The position numbers were made by a program, and so were the translations under genes. This document shows positions 36,656 to 47,216 of a DNA stretch of 64,000 nt, piece by piece (position 1 is the first letter of the stretch; each line of letters opens with the position of its first letter). The notes beneath the pieces were generated by a model, which did no database searches, was not told the origin of the DNA, and saw only the letters and a program-made list of their open reading frames with translations. The stretch is from an uncultured bacterium. Its GTDB lineage: Bacteria > Zhuqueibacterota > QNDG01 > DTFT01. The stretch covers positions 32,001 through 96,000 of the forward strand of contig CAVTNR010000030.1 in assembly GCA_963736115.1 (NCBI GenBank). The letters are read 5' to 3'.

Positions 36656-37107
36656 GTCGGCCGGTTTTTCAGCCGGAGTGCCATGCGCACCACGGTCCCC
36701 TCCGGCGTGAACTGAAAGTCCACGCGGTCCATGAGGCTCTTCAGGATGAAGATGCCCCGGCCGCTTTCCTTCATCAGATTTTCAGGGAGCAGGGGGTCGG
36801 ACAAGACGGCCGGATCGAAGCCCCGGCCCTCGTCCGACACTTCGATGGTCAGGAATCCGGCCGCGACACTGAATGCGATGCGGACGCGCTTTTCGGGGTC
36901 GCTTCCGTTGCCGTGGATGATGGCGTTACCGACCGCTTCGGTCACCGCGATGGCGAGGTTGTCGAGCTCCTCCTGGGAGAGGCAGTACACCGCCGCGACT
37001 TTTTCGGCCATGCGCTCGATCCGGCCCAGCTGTTCCAGCCGGCTGGGGATTTCGACGGCAAATCCCTTGCCGTCCGGGCTTTTCCATTTTTCCCTGAGGC
37101 TGCTCAT
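36652..37107 (-). CDS. rsbW: RsbW-like anti-sigma factor / serine kinase
   Basis: AVTEAVGNAIIHGN, DEGRGFDP, ESGRGIFIL. Confidence 0.9.
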   Translation of the reverse strand: MSSLREKWKSPDGKGFAVEIPSRLEQLGRIERMAEKVAAVYCLSQEELDNLAIAVTEAVGNAIIHGNGSDPEKRVRIAFSVAAGFLTIEVSDEGRGFDPAVLSDPLLPENLMKESGRGIFILKSLMDRVDFQFTPEGTVVRMALRLKNRPT

Positions 37108-39086
37108 GGCCTCCAGCTCATATTGAGTTCCAATCGGGTCAGGCGCTGGGTTTTCGCGCCCAGATTGCGGGTCCGTGTCAGGCCCGCGAATGCGGATACG
37201 GCCAGCCGGCCGCCGGCATAAGCCACTTTCAAGACCGGTCCGTCGTTACGAAAATGGAGATTCAGCTCCCTTCCGGCCGCCGCGGGCGCGGCCGAGCCGG
37301 TTGCCGGCTTGAACCGCCATCCCTTTCTGCGGTATACGGAATAACCCGGCATGAGATGCCATCCCTCGGCCGGCCGGTGGTCCAGTACCACGGATCCCGT
37401 CCAGCTCTGACGGTCCGCGAGGCGCTGTTCCATCCAGCGTTTCCAAAGCAGTTTTCCGTTTTCGTCCAGATCCAGCCGGACATTGGCGAAGATGCCGGTC
37501 CGCTCCGAGGCTTCCACCCGAATCGAATCGTCCAGCCGGAAAGCGCGGTACAGGTAGCTTCGGATGCCGGTGGACGGCTCCTCGAAATCATAGGCCATGG
37601 TGTTGATCAGCACTTCCGCGGACTGGCTGGCCCGGAAGCGGGGCGACGGCCGCCAGCGCAGTTCGGGATTCAGCCTGAGGATGCGGATGCGGCTGTTGTC
37701 CGCGCTGCGTTTCGCCCGGATATACACCTGGTGCAGGCTGTGAAACGAGAGCGACGTCCGGAGGGACAGATCCCCGGTGAAATTGTGCAGGACCAGCAGA
37801 TCCGAACCGAACCGGAGTTCGTCCCGGTCATCCGCGTTGGCCGCGTCCGGCGTGTCGTACTGAAGCCGTTCCAGGCTCGAGCGGAAAGAGACGGAATCGG
37901 ACGCGGAAACCCGGGCGGCCAGCCGGAGCCAGGCCGCATTCACGCGGCTCCGGTTGTCCGGCGCGTCGGTCAGGCCGGAGAACGGGGAGCCCGGCCGGCC
38001 CTGGGCGATCCAGTAGTCCTGGTCGTTCTGCGCCGACCGGTATCCGGTTTCGGCCCTGAACACGCGGCCGGTCCAGAGAAATTCAGCCGAACCCGACGCG
38101 CCGAAATCATTCCGCTCGCGTTCCCGCACCGACCGGCCGCCGGTGCGGTCCCGTATGGTCAGGACGCGGTCCCGAACCTCGCCTTCGACGCGGACTTGGG
38201 CCCGGCGCGACAGCCGGTAGGTCAGCACATTGGCCGCCTCGCGCGCCGTTTCTCCGCGGCTTTCCACGTCGCCCGTGGCGGACACGTAGTAATCCCTTCT
38301 CTGGGACCGGACGGACACGCGGAGGGAATCGGCCGTGCCCGGATCGAATGTCCTGCTGATTCCGGCCGTCCAGTTCAGATCGCCGTTCCTGCGGGGCCCG
38401 AGATCGTCCGAACGGAAACGGACCGAACCATCGCCGGAATAATCCGCGAAGCCGAAGCGCGAAAGGCCACATCCGGCCGCGGCCGTGAGCCCGCGGTCCG
38501 TGCGGCCGAACCGTTCATCTTCCATGACGCCGATCGAGGCCGGCAGGGACAGAATGCCCGCGGACGCGTCGAGTCCGACGGACATCTGCCGGGTGCGCAT
38601 GTCGTTCATGTAGCCCGACTGCTTGTCCGAAATGAGCCGGCTGTCGCCCCGCACCTGCATCCGCAGAAAGGGGAAAAACAGACGGCCGGCTCCGAACGAC
38701 AGTTCGTGCCTGTCCTTCCACTTGTCGTTCTTCGAATCGACGGCGAGCCGCGAGGACGACCAGACATCGGACAGCCAGACCGTGTTCCGGCCGGATGTCC
38801 GGCCCACGTTCAGGACGGTCTGCCAGTCGTCGGTGTTCAGGCCCTTCTGGTAGCGGGTGAATAGGGAATCGTCGCGTACGGACGGGCCGGGGCCGAGAAC
38901 TGCGGCCGCGGAAGACGTGTCCGGGGCAATGCCGCAGCGGGCTTCGGAGGGCAAAATTCCCGCGGACAGAACCGCGAGAACGGCCGCACATGCGGACCGG
39001 AGCCCGGTTTTCAAGCCGGCGGAAGGACCGCAAGCACGGCGGTGTCGGAGAAGGACCGAAAAGCGGGATTGCGGCTTCATGCGCAT
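37104..39086 (-). CDS. Hypothetical protein, probable outer-membrane beta-barrel
   Basis: Fills the operon between ftsB and rsbW with an ATGA overlap. Signal-like leader and amphipathic strands. Start codon uncertain. Confidence 0.62.
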   Translation of the reverse strand: MRMKPQSRFSVLLRHRRACGPSAGLKTGLRSACAAVLAVLSAGILPSEARCGIAPDTSSAAAVLGPGPSVRDDSLFTRYQKGLNTDDWQTVLNVGRTSGRNTVWLSDVWSSSRLAVDSKNDKWKDRHELSFGAGRLFFPFLRMQVRGDSRLISDKQSGYMNDMRTRQMSVGLDASAGILSLPASIGVMEDERFGRTDRGLTAAAGCGLSRFGFADYSGDGSVRFRSDDLGPRRNGDLNWTAGISRTFDPGTADSLRVSVRSQRRDYYVSATGDVESRGETAREAANVLTYRLSRRAQVRVEGEVRDRVLTIRDRTGGRSVRERERNDFGASGSAEFLWTGRVFRAETGYRSAQNDQDYWIAQGRPGSPFSGLTDAPDNRSRVNAAWLRLAARVSASDSVSFRSSLERLQYDTPDAANADDRDELRFGSDLLVLHNFTGDLSLRTSLSFHSLHQVYIRAKRSADNSRIRILRLNPELRWRPSPRFRASQSAEVLINTMAYDFEEPSTGIRSYLYRAFRLDDSIRVEASERTGIFANVRLDLDENGKLLWKRWMEQRLADRQSWTGSVVLDHRPAEGWHLMPGYSVYRRKGWRFKPATGSAAPAAAGRELNLHFRNDGPVLKVAYAGGRLAVSAFAGLTRTRNLGAKTQRLTRLELNMSWRP

Positions 39087-39162
39087 ACCGGTCCGGCGGG
39101 TTCCGGACTCGCCTAGCGGCTCGCCCGGAGGCTCGCCCTCAGGCGCGTCCGCCGCTGCGGGG

Positions 39163-39456
39163 TCAGTTCTTCTGATCCTTGGGAACCACGCGGTAGACCT
39201 TCTCGTCCTTTTTCGACATGCCGTACTCTTCCCGCGCGATTTTTTCTACAACGGCCGGATCGTCGAGCGATTTTTTCTCCGCCTCCAGCCGCTTTTTCTC
39301 CTCCTCCAGAGCCCGGATCTCCGCCTCAATGGCGCGGCGTTCCATCCGGACCCGCGCCTGCCGCCAGCAGCCGCGTTGTCCCGAGAAGAGAAATATGAGG
39401 AGGGCCAGCGAGCCGATGACGACCCACGTGACCCTCCTCTTCTGTTTCACGTTCAA
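39163..39456 (-). CDS. ftsB: Septum formation initiator FtsB/DivIC
   Basis: Single TM helix, coiled coil, VEKIAREEYGM.K.DE motif, conserved position downstream of eno. Confidence 0.9.
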   Translation of the reverse strand: MNVKQKRRVTWVVIGSLALLIFLFSGQRGCWRQARVRMERRAIEAEIRALEEEKKRLEAEKKSLDDPAVVEKIAREEYGMSKKDEKVYRVVPKDQKN

Positions 39457-39472
39457 CTGAGTTCCGCCCGTG

Positions 39473-40855
<1,383 letters not shown>

Positions 40856-40912
40856 TTAGGGAGAATTGCAACAGAAAAGCGGAGGGGAAAGGGGTAAAAT
40901 ACGGGGCAGGAG

Positions 40913-40945
40913 ACGCTCCGGGAGGTTGACAACCTCCCGGAGCGT
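40913..40945. repeat. Perfect 16-bp inverted repeat upstream of eno
   Basis: ACGCTCCGGGAGGTTG-A-CAACCTCCCGGAGCGT. No clean U-tract, so it could be a terminator or a REP-like hairpin. Confidence 0.7.
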
Positions 40946-40959
40946 GGTGCGGTAGCCAT

Positions 40960-41056
40960 GTAGGTCCGATATGCCCCGGCCGCACGGCCGGGGCTATCGG
41001 ACAACCTGCCGCTGATGTCCGAAAGGTCCCGCAAGGCGGGACCATTTCGGACCTAC
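40960..41056. repeat. GTAG-GTCCGAWA hairpin doublet (REP/REPIN-like)
   Basis: GTAG GTCCGATA T GCCCCGGCCG CA CGGCCGGGGC TATCGGAC (40960-41002), and on the minus strand GTAG GTCCGAAA T GGTCCCGC CTT GCGGGACC TTTCGGAC (41017-41056). The second GTAG supplies the TAG stop of the DUF92 gene. Confidence 0.92.
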
Positions 41057-42580
41057 ACCCTATTCAAGAATGCCAACATTACCGCCGCCCCCACGACCGA
41101 GCAGGCGAAATTCACGACATCATTGTTGATCCACTCCCTGCCGGAAGAAAGGCGGGTGGGCTTGCCGCAATGGTTCCGTCTTTCCGTGGTTTTTCCGCAT
41201 CCTGAGCAGACGTACTGCGCCTGAACCGTGGCGCCGAAAACACTGTCCGCGACGGACGCCAGAAATCCGGCGGCCGTGATTGCGGCCAGGGCCGGCGCCA
41301 TGCCCAATGCATGAAAGAAAGACGGAGCGGCAAGCCGGCCGGACAGACCGATGAGCAACGCGCCGAGACCCGCGCCGAGAAATCCCAAAGGCGTCACTGC
41401 GCCGGATACGCCGTGACTGACGGTGCGGAGCCGGGTGATCAGAACCGGCTTGGAGGGCGAAAACACGCCCAGTTCCGTGGCCCAGGTGTCCGCATTTACC
41501 GCTGCCACGGCCCCGAGGTAAAGTCCGTACCAAATGGGATCCGGCCGTAGTCCGTTCGCGATCACCAGGAGCCCGGCGACTCCGCCGTTGGCGAACACCT
41601 GGCCCGCGTCCCGGGTGGATGATTTCTCGTACAGGCTCTCGACTGTTTTCTTGCGCACGCGCCCGGTTTTGGAGAGCAGGCTGGAAGACAGGAAAAAGAC
41701 CAGTATGGGAACCGCCCAGGCCCATCCGCCCGCGCCGAACAGAAAGGACGCGAGAATAAAAGTCCCGACGCTTCCGGAGGCATTGAGAAAGCGGAGCCTT
41801 ACTGAGAGCAGGGCGACAACGGCCGCGAGTCCCATTCCGATCGTGAAGCGCAGGGATGCGTCCGTGCCTCCGGTCATCATGAAAAACAGGACAAAGGCGG
41901 CGCCGAGCGGAGCAGTGAGATTGTCCGAACCCCCGGACGAAACGGCCTCGAGGCCGGTGGCGAGCACCGCGGCCACGGCCGCGATCCAGAGGGCCGTTCC
42001 CGCGGAAACGACCAGGCCGTCCCGGGCCGCCAGCGGCGGAAGGAACAGGGCGATGAGCAGAAAACTCGACGCGAACATGGCCGCGGATCCTTCCAAAGAT
42101 TTCTTATCCGCTCCGAGCCTGTATTCATGGGCCTTCCGGGACAGTTCACCGACCACGGCCGCGGCCGCGTCCGAGAATGCGAGCACCATCATGGAAACGA
42201 TCAGGACCGAGCGGTATCCGTTCCAGCAGAGCGCCGTGAGAATGAGAAAAGTGAGGGGATAGTAAACGGTTCCGTAGCTCCGCCGGGTGGTGTCGTGCAT
42301 GCCCTTGAGTTTTCCGCTCCGGCACGCCCGCGAAATTCACGGCAATGAACAGCACGGCCATCCAGAGCAGGGGCTTGACGGATGTGAAGAACAGGGGGCT
42401 GAACACGATGAGCACGCCCGTGCCGACATGCACGAGCTTGCGCGTCACTTCGGGGCTCCAGCCGAGCGCGGACCGGGCTTTTTCGGATATGCCGATGAAG
42501 GCCGTGATTCCGGCGGTGAAGAGAAAAAACCGGATCCAGTCCAAGGCCGGGGCGTCGAACAGGATTTTCAGGAGGGTCAT
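41053..42580 (-). CDS. Polyprenol-kinase-like / DUF92 fusion membrane protein, split by one frameshift near 42322
   Basis: N-part TRKLVHVGTG. Removing one C restores GVRSGKLKGMHDTTRRSYGTVYY. Then KSLEGS, GSDNL, and DUF92 motifs QVFANGG, ADTWATELG, GVSGAVT, DSVFGATVQ, NNDVVN. Confidence 0.85.
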
Positions 42581-42630
42581 GCAGGTCCTTTTTATAAGCT
42601 ATGTCAATCGTGGGGAATGTAGTATCTCAA

Positions 42631-42695
42631 GTTCCGGGTTCCGCGTTCCGAGTTCCGGGAATAAAAAGCAGTTCCGGGTTCCGCGTTCCGGGTTC
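42631..42695 (+). repeat. Two heptamer arrays (GTTCCGN)x4 and x3
   Basis: GTTCCGG GTTCCGC GTTCCGA GTTCCGG, a short A-rich gap, then GTTCCGG GTTCCGC GTTCCGG GTTC. Confidence 0.9.
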
Positions 42696-42711
42696 AATCG
42701 GAAACAGGGTT

Positions 42712-43944
42712 TCATCCGATCTTCTGGAATATCTCGCCCGTGGAAGGGTTGCGGAGGATGCGCTTGACCGTCCCGTCCGGCATGCGTTCGGCCTTGAGGA
42801 GCACGCATCCGTCTTCCTGAGGGGCCGCGGTCGGTTCCTTCGCATCGGTTTCGGATTTCGGTCCGGATCCGGGACCGGCCTGCTCGCGCCACTCGAACAG
42901 GTCCACGGGCTCCCACCGCTTCGAAGCCGCGGATCGGTAACAGGCGTCCATCACCGCGTTCACCACGTATCCGTCGAAGAATGTTTCCAGGGGCGGGCGG
43001 CCTTTTTCCATGGCATCGAGCATGTCTGCGAACATGTCCACGTACCCGAGTTCCGTCAATTCGTCGCCGGACGGGAAAATCCAGCCCTTCTCGGCGTCCG
43101 CTTTTTCCGCGACGTAGCCGCCGAGTCCGGCCGCCGTGAACATCTCGAATCCCGTGCGCAGAAAGTGGTTCAGCCAGATCGTGCCCCCGGTGCCGGCGAC
43201 TTCGTCCCGGATATCCAGACCGCCGCGGAACGTCCAGGCCACCTCGAACTGGCCGATGGCCCGGTTCTCGAAACGAATGAGGCCGATGCCCGAATCCTCG
43301 GCTTCGATGGGGTGCACCAGAGTGTCGGATACGGCCATGACTTCGATGGGGCGGACGTCCTTGCCGATGAAGGACCGGATCACCTCGATGCAGTGGCAGC
43401 CGAGATCCACGATGGCGCCGCCCCCGGCACGCTTCACGTCCCAGAACCAGGCGCTGTGCGGACCGCCGTGCGTTTCCCGTGACCTGGCCCAGAGCACCCG
43501 GCCTACGGCTCCGGCCCGGATGGAGGCCGCGGCCTTGAGTGTTTTCGGGGTGTAGCACAGGTCCTCCAGGTACCCGGCAAACACGCCGGCCTTTTCGACC
43601 GCTTCGAGCATGGACCGGGCCTCCGTGGCGCTGCGGCCCAGGGGTTTGGTGCAGAGCACGGCCTTTCCCGCATCCGCGGCCAGCCGGACCGCTTTTTCGT
43701 GAAGGTCGTTGGGCAGACCCACGATCACCGTGTCCGTTTCCGGGTCCAGAACCGCCTCGGCCATGTCCGTCGTCCACTTCGGTATCCCGAAGGCGCGGCT
43801 GAAATCGGCCGCGGATTCAGCCGGAACCCCGCAGACCACGTGCACGCGGTCCCGGCTGCGGCGGCTGTGCAGGGCCTGGCAGTAGAACCGGCCGATGAGG
43901 CCGGTTCCCAGCAATGTGATGCGATGGCTTTTCGGAGAGTTCAT
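42712..43944 (-). CDS. Gfo/Idh/MocA-family oxidoreductase
   Basis: GTGLIG Rossmann motif, [26 protein letters not shown] 43944 taken as the start. Confidence 0.92.
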   Translation of the reverse strand: MNSPKSHRITLLGTGLIGRFYCQALHSRRSRDRVHVVCGVPAESAADFSRAFGIPKWTTDMAEAVLDPETDTVIVGLPNDLHEKAVRLAADAGKAVLCTKPLGRSATEARSMLEAVEKAGVFAGYLEDLCYTPKTLKAAASIRAGAVGRVLWARSRETHGGPHSAWFWDVKRAGGGAIVDLGCHCIEVIRSFIGKDVRPIEVMAVSDTLVHPIEAEDSGIGLIRFENRAIGQFEVAWTFRGGLDIRDEVAGTGGTIWLNHFLRTGFEMFTAAGLGGYVAEKADAEKGWIFPSGDELTELGYVDMFADMLDAMEKGRPPLETFFDGYVVNAVMDACYRSAASKRWEPVDLFEWREQAGPGSGPKSETDAKEPTAAPQEDGCVLLKAERMPDGTVKRILRNPSTGEIFQKIG

Positions 43945-43997
43945 GGCTGAAGGTTCCGGGTTGAAAAGGCACAGCGCATAGCGCACAGCGTGTTTCA

Positions 43998-44264
43998 GTA
44001 GCCCACGACTTCAGTCGTGGGTGAGGGTTCCGAGTTCCGCGTTCCGCATTGGGATAATTTATCCAAATTTAAGAAAATAAAAAGGAAATTTTTATTCGGT
44101 TTAATATCAGAGAATTATGTGGATATAAAAATGTCCGAAAGGTCCCGCAAAGCGGGACCATTTCGGACCTACAACCTGAATGGGTTATGCGGCTGTCCCG
44201 GATCCCCGACAGAAAAATTCGGGGATGACACCCCGCCCGGAACGCGGAACGCGGAACTCGGAAC
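43998..44264. repeat. Composite intergenic element of REP-like hairpins and an inverted heptamer pair
   Basis: GTAG-CCCACGACT-TC-AGTCGTGGG (43998-44021), GTTCCGN x3 (44027-44047), GTCCGAAA hairpin (44133-44172), ATCCCCGA/TCGGGGATGACA hairpin (44200-44230), NCGGAAC x4 (44237-44264). Confidence 0.85.
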
Positions 44265-44269
44265 AGTTT

Positions 44270-44935
44270 TTACGCCGCCTTGGTCTCCAGCAGTTTCACC
44301 GCACTCTGGGGGTCTGAGGAGTATCCGTCCGCGCCGATCTGATCCGCGAACGCCTGGGTGACCGGAGCGCCGCCCACCAGCACGGTCGTTGCCGGATGAC
44401 CGGCCTTGATCAATTGCACGGTCTTTTCCATGTTCACCATGGTCGTGGTGAGCAGGGCCGACAGCCCCACGACGCATCCGGGATTGTCCTTGACCGCGTC
44501 GACGAATTTCTCGGGCGGCACGTCCACGCCCAGGTCCATGACCTCCCATCCGCCGCCCTCGACGACCATGGCCACGAGATTCTTGCCGATATCGTGCAGA
44601 TCGCCGGCCACGGTGCCGATGACGAAACGGCCCTTGTGCTTGACCGCGCCGCTCTTGAAATACGGCTTCAGGTGGGCCATGGCCGCGTTCATGGCCTTGG
44701 CGGCCATGAGCAGGTCCGGCACGAACACCTTGTTCTGCCCGAATTTCTCACCGATGCGCGACATGCCGGTCATGCAGCCTTCGAGTATGGCGTCCGCGGT
44801 CTCGCCAGCGGCCAGGGCGTTCCGCGCGATCTCGTCCGCGCCTTCCTTGCCGCGGAGATCCGGGGGATAGGAGGCCGCCTGATTGATTTTGCCGCGCTCG
44901 ATGCACACGGCGAGATTTTCGGTCAATTCGTTCAT
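44270..44935 (-). CDS. Cobalamin-binding (corrinoid) protein, MetH-cap plus B12-binding domain
   Basis: GGAG RBS, FVPDLLMAAKAM, DxHxxG motif GDLHDIGKNLV, GLSALLTTTM, VGGAPV. Confidence 0.93.
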   Translation of the reverse strand: MNELTENLAVCIERGKINQAASYPPDLRGKEGADEIARNALAAGETADAILEGCMTGMSRIGEKFGQNKVFVPDLLMAAKAMNAAMAHLKPYFKSGAVKHKGRFVIGTVAGDLHDIGKNLVAMVVEGGGWEVMDLGVDVPPEKFVDAVKDNPGCVVGLSALLTTTMVNMEKTVQLIKAGHPATTVLVGGAPVTQAFADQIGADGYSSDPQSAVKLLETKAA

Positions 44936-45000
44936 GTCAGCTCCCGTGATGGTTTTTTTATTGTGCAATTTGAAAAAATTCCAAGGTATCTCCCCCGGAC

Positions 45001-45109
45001 TGAAGTCCGGGGCTACCGAGAACAGTCCGGGGCCACAGGAAACAGTCCGGGCCCACCGAGAACAGTCCGGGGCTACCGGAAACAGTCCGAACCACAGAAA
45101 ACAGCCCGG
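45001..45109 (+). repeat. 20-bp-period tandem repeat, about 5.5 units
   Basis: Units start at 45001, 45021, 45041, 45061, 45081 and 45100. Core AACAGTCCGG followed by a variable GGC(T/C)AC(C/A)G(A/G)(G/A)-like half. Confidence 0.9.
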
Positions 45110-45115
45110 TCCCGG

Positions 45116-46177
45116 TCAGGTCTCCCGGACGACGAGCTCCGGCTGAATAACGTACTGGCCGAAGCGGGTGCTCCGGCCTTCGCCGTGATCGCGTATCAGG
45201 CCTGCGATCCGCTTCGCCATTTCCCCGGCGTGCGGATCGATGGAAGTGATTTTGGGCGTGAAAAACTGCGCGAGGTCGGTGTTGCCGTAGCTGATCACGG
45301 ACACGTCGCCCGGTATGGACAGGCCCCATTCCTTCATCCGGCCGATCACCCGCACCGCGTCCGTGTCGTCACAGCAGAAGACGCCGCCGATCGATTCGTT
45401 TCGGATCAGGTCCAAATCGAAACGCGACAGCCGGTCGAGCATTACGGCTTTCTGTTCGCCCGGGTCTTCCTGCACGAAAGTGATGAAGGTCTGCTCCATG
45501 ACCTCCTGAATCATGTTCCGGCCCTGCCAGAGGCTGTTCTTGACGAAAGCCAGGTTCCGGCCCGTCCTGGACTGCAGGTACCGCACCGCGCGTTTGACGC
45601 CGAGGTCATAGCTCTGTATGGCATAGGTAAAGTAGGAGCCGGCCATGGTGTGATCGACGAGCGCGACCAGAGTGCCGCCGGATTTCAGGTGGCGGTAGAA
45701 CTCGGCCGTTTTGCTCTCATCCAGAGTCGGCGCCACGATCACGGCCTCATACTGTTCGCGTATCATGCGGCCCACCAGCCGTATTTCCTCTTCCCACTGG
45801 TTGTGATCGATGTAGTATTCGGTTGTGCGGCCGGCCGCCTCAGCCTCCATACCGAAGTGCTGAATGAGTTTCTCGTGGTGGTCTGAAAAGAACGGAATGA
45901 CAATGCCCCAGACCGGGCGTTTGGGACCGAGTGGCGCGACAAAGGAGCCTTTGCCGGCCTTTTGTATGATCATGCCTTCTTCGGAAAGCTTCTTTAAAAC
46001 CAGCTTGGCGGTTTCGCGTGAAACCCCATGTTTTTTCATGATTTCCGTGATGGAGTCAATGCGGGTCCCGGGCGGGAATTCCTGGGTGAGAATGGCCTCG
46101 CAATAGAAATTGAAGAGTTTCTGATAGAGAGGCTGTATGTCTTCAGATGGGATGTCGGTGGTTTCTTTCATCGGCAT
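45116..46177 (-). CDS. GntR-family regulator with LacI-type effector domain (AraR-like architecture)
   Basis: N-terminal wHTH (PGTRIDS...GVSRETAK...GKGSFV), C-terminal LSIPGDVSVISYGN...PKITSID...PELVVRET. Confidence 0.9.
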   Translation of the reverse strand: MPMKETTDIPSEDIQPLYQKLFNFYCEAILTQEFPPGTRIDSITEIMKKHGVSRETAKLVLKKLSEEGMIIQKAGKGSFVAPLGPKRPVWGIVIPFFSDHHEKLIQHFGMEAEAAGRTTEYYIDHNQWEEEIRLVGRMIREQYEAVIVAPTLDESKTAEFYRHLKSGGTLVALVDHTMAGSYFTYAIQSYDLGVKRAVRYLQSRTGRNLAFVKNSLWQGRNMIQEVMEQTFITFVQEDPGEQKAVMLDRLSRFDLDLIRNESIGGVFCCDDTDAVRVIGRMKEWGLSIPGDVSVISYGNTDLAQFFTPKITSIDPHAGEMAKRIAGLIRDHGEGRSTRFGQYVIQPELVVRET

Positions 46178-46283
46178 TTCTTAAATTAAACCCGAACAAG
46201 GTAGAAATAAAAACAAGAAAAAGCAAGATAAAAATCACATTCCATCACATCACATCATAGATCTGATTCCCGTCCATTTCCAG

Positions 46284-46328
46284 ACCCCGGGGTCAACTCC
46301 GGGTAAACCCCGGGGCAAGCCCCGGGGT
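46284..46328. repeat. CCCCGGGG-rich short repeats ending in a perfect palindrome
   Basis: ACCCCGGGGC-AA-GCCCCGGGGT at 46307-46328, preceded by two similar 11-12 bp units. A related ACCCCG..GCAAGC..CGGGGT lies at 49474-49495. Confidence 0.7.
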
Positions 46329-46382
46329 CGAACATTCTTGCATTGACAAGTCTTATTCATTATATTCATTCAGAGCACTTAT

Positions 46383-47216
46383 ATGAGACTTTCCCCATCC
46401 AAAATTTTCTCCGCGTTTGTTCTTGCCGCGGGCCTGACGGCGGGAATTGCGCATGGACAGATCACGGTCGCGGTCGGAGACTTCGAGAACCGGACCGACC
46501 GGATGTATCTGGATTCATGGGCACTCCTCATCCCCGAATACCTCTCGGGTGAATTGTCCCGGAGCAGGGACATCACGGTTGTGGACCGGGAGCGTCTCGA
46601 CGCGGTGCTGGACGAACGCAAACTGCAGATGGCCGGCCTGACGGATTCATCCGCCGCTTTGGAAGTCGGCCGCATGCTCAGCGCCCAGTACATTGTCACG
46701 GGCACGGTGAGCGAGATCGGGGGATGGATACGCATCGACAGCCGCATCACCAGTGTGGCCACGGGCCGCATGGTCGCGGAGAACGTGTCCGCCCGTTCCG
46801 CGAAGCATCTTGAGAAGATGATCGGTCTGCTTGCGGGAAACCTCAAACTCCAGATGACCGGACAGGGCGAATTCCGCGAAAGCCTCACACTCAGGCGCCA
46901 ACCCACACGGCCTTTTCTGGCCGCGGCCCTGTTTTCGGGAGCGGCCGCTTCCTTTATTCACAGCCAGGCTGTGCGCAAACGCGACGAATACCGCGACGCA
47001 CGCAGTCTCGCGTCCTTCAACCCGGCCTGGCGCTCGGCCAACCGTTGGAACAATGCCAGGACAGCGGCTCTGGCCGTGACCGGAGCAGCCGCGGCCGGCA
47101 CCCTGACCTGCTGGATAAGGGACCTTTCGCCGGACCGCATTCTCGCCAATTCACAGCCCATACTGGGTTTTCAGACCGGAGGCGTCACTTTTGGACTGGC
47201 CTTCCATCTGCCGTAA
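46383..47216 (+). CDS. Exported CsgG/FlgO/TolB-N-like domain protein with C-terminal hydrophobic helices
   Basis: Signal peptide, TVAVGDFEN, VVDRERLDAVLDE..L...GL.D...ALEVGRML.AQYIVTGTV, RITSVATG. Confidence 0.8.
   Translation: MRLSPSKIFSAFVLAAGLTAGIAHGQITVAVGDFENRTDRMYLDSWALLIPEYLSGELSRSRDITVVDRERLDAVLDERKLQMAGLTDSSAALEVGRMLSAQYIVTGTVSEIGGWIRIDSRITSVATGRMVAENVSARSAKHLEKMIGLLAGNLKLQMTGQGEFRESLTLRRQPTRPFLAAALFSGAAASFIHSQAVRKRDEYRDARSLASFNPAWRSANRWNNARTAALAVTGAAAAGTLTCWIRDLSPDRILANSQPILGFQTGGVTFGLAFHLP

Noticed and set aside
45001-45109. CRISPR interpretation of the 20-bp repeats
   Set aside because: The variable halves are only about 10 bp and resemble each other, so this is a tandem repeat without unique spacers.
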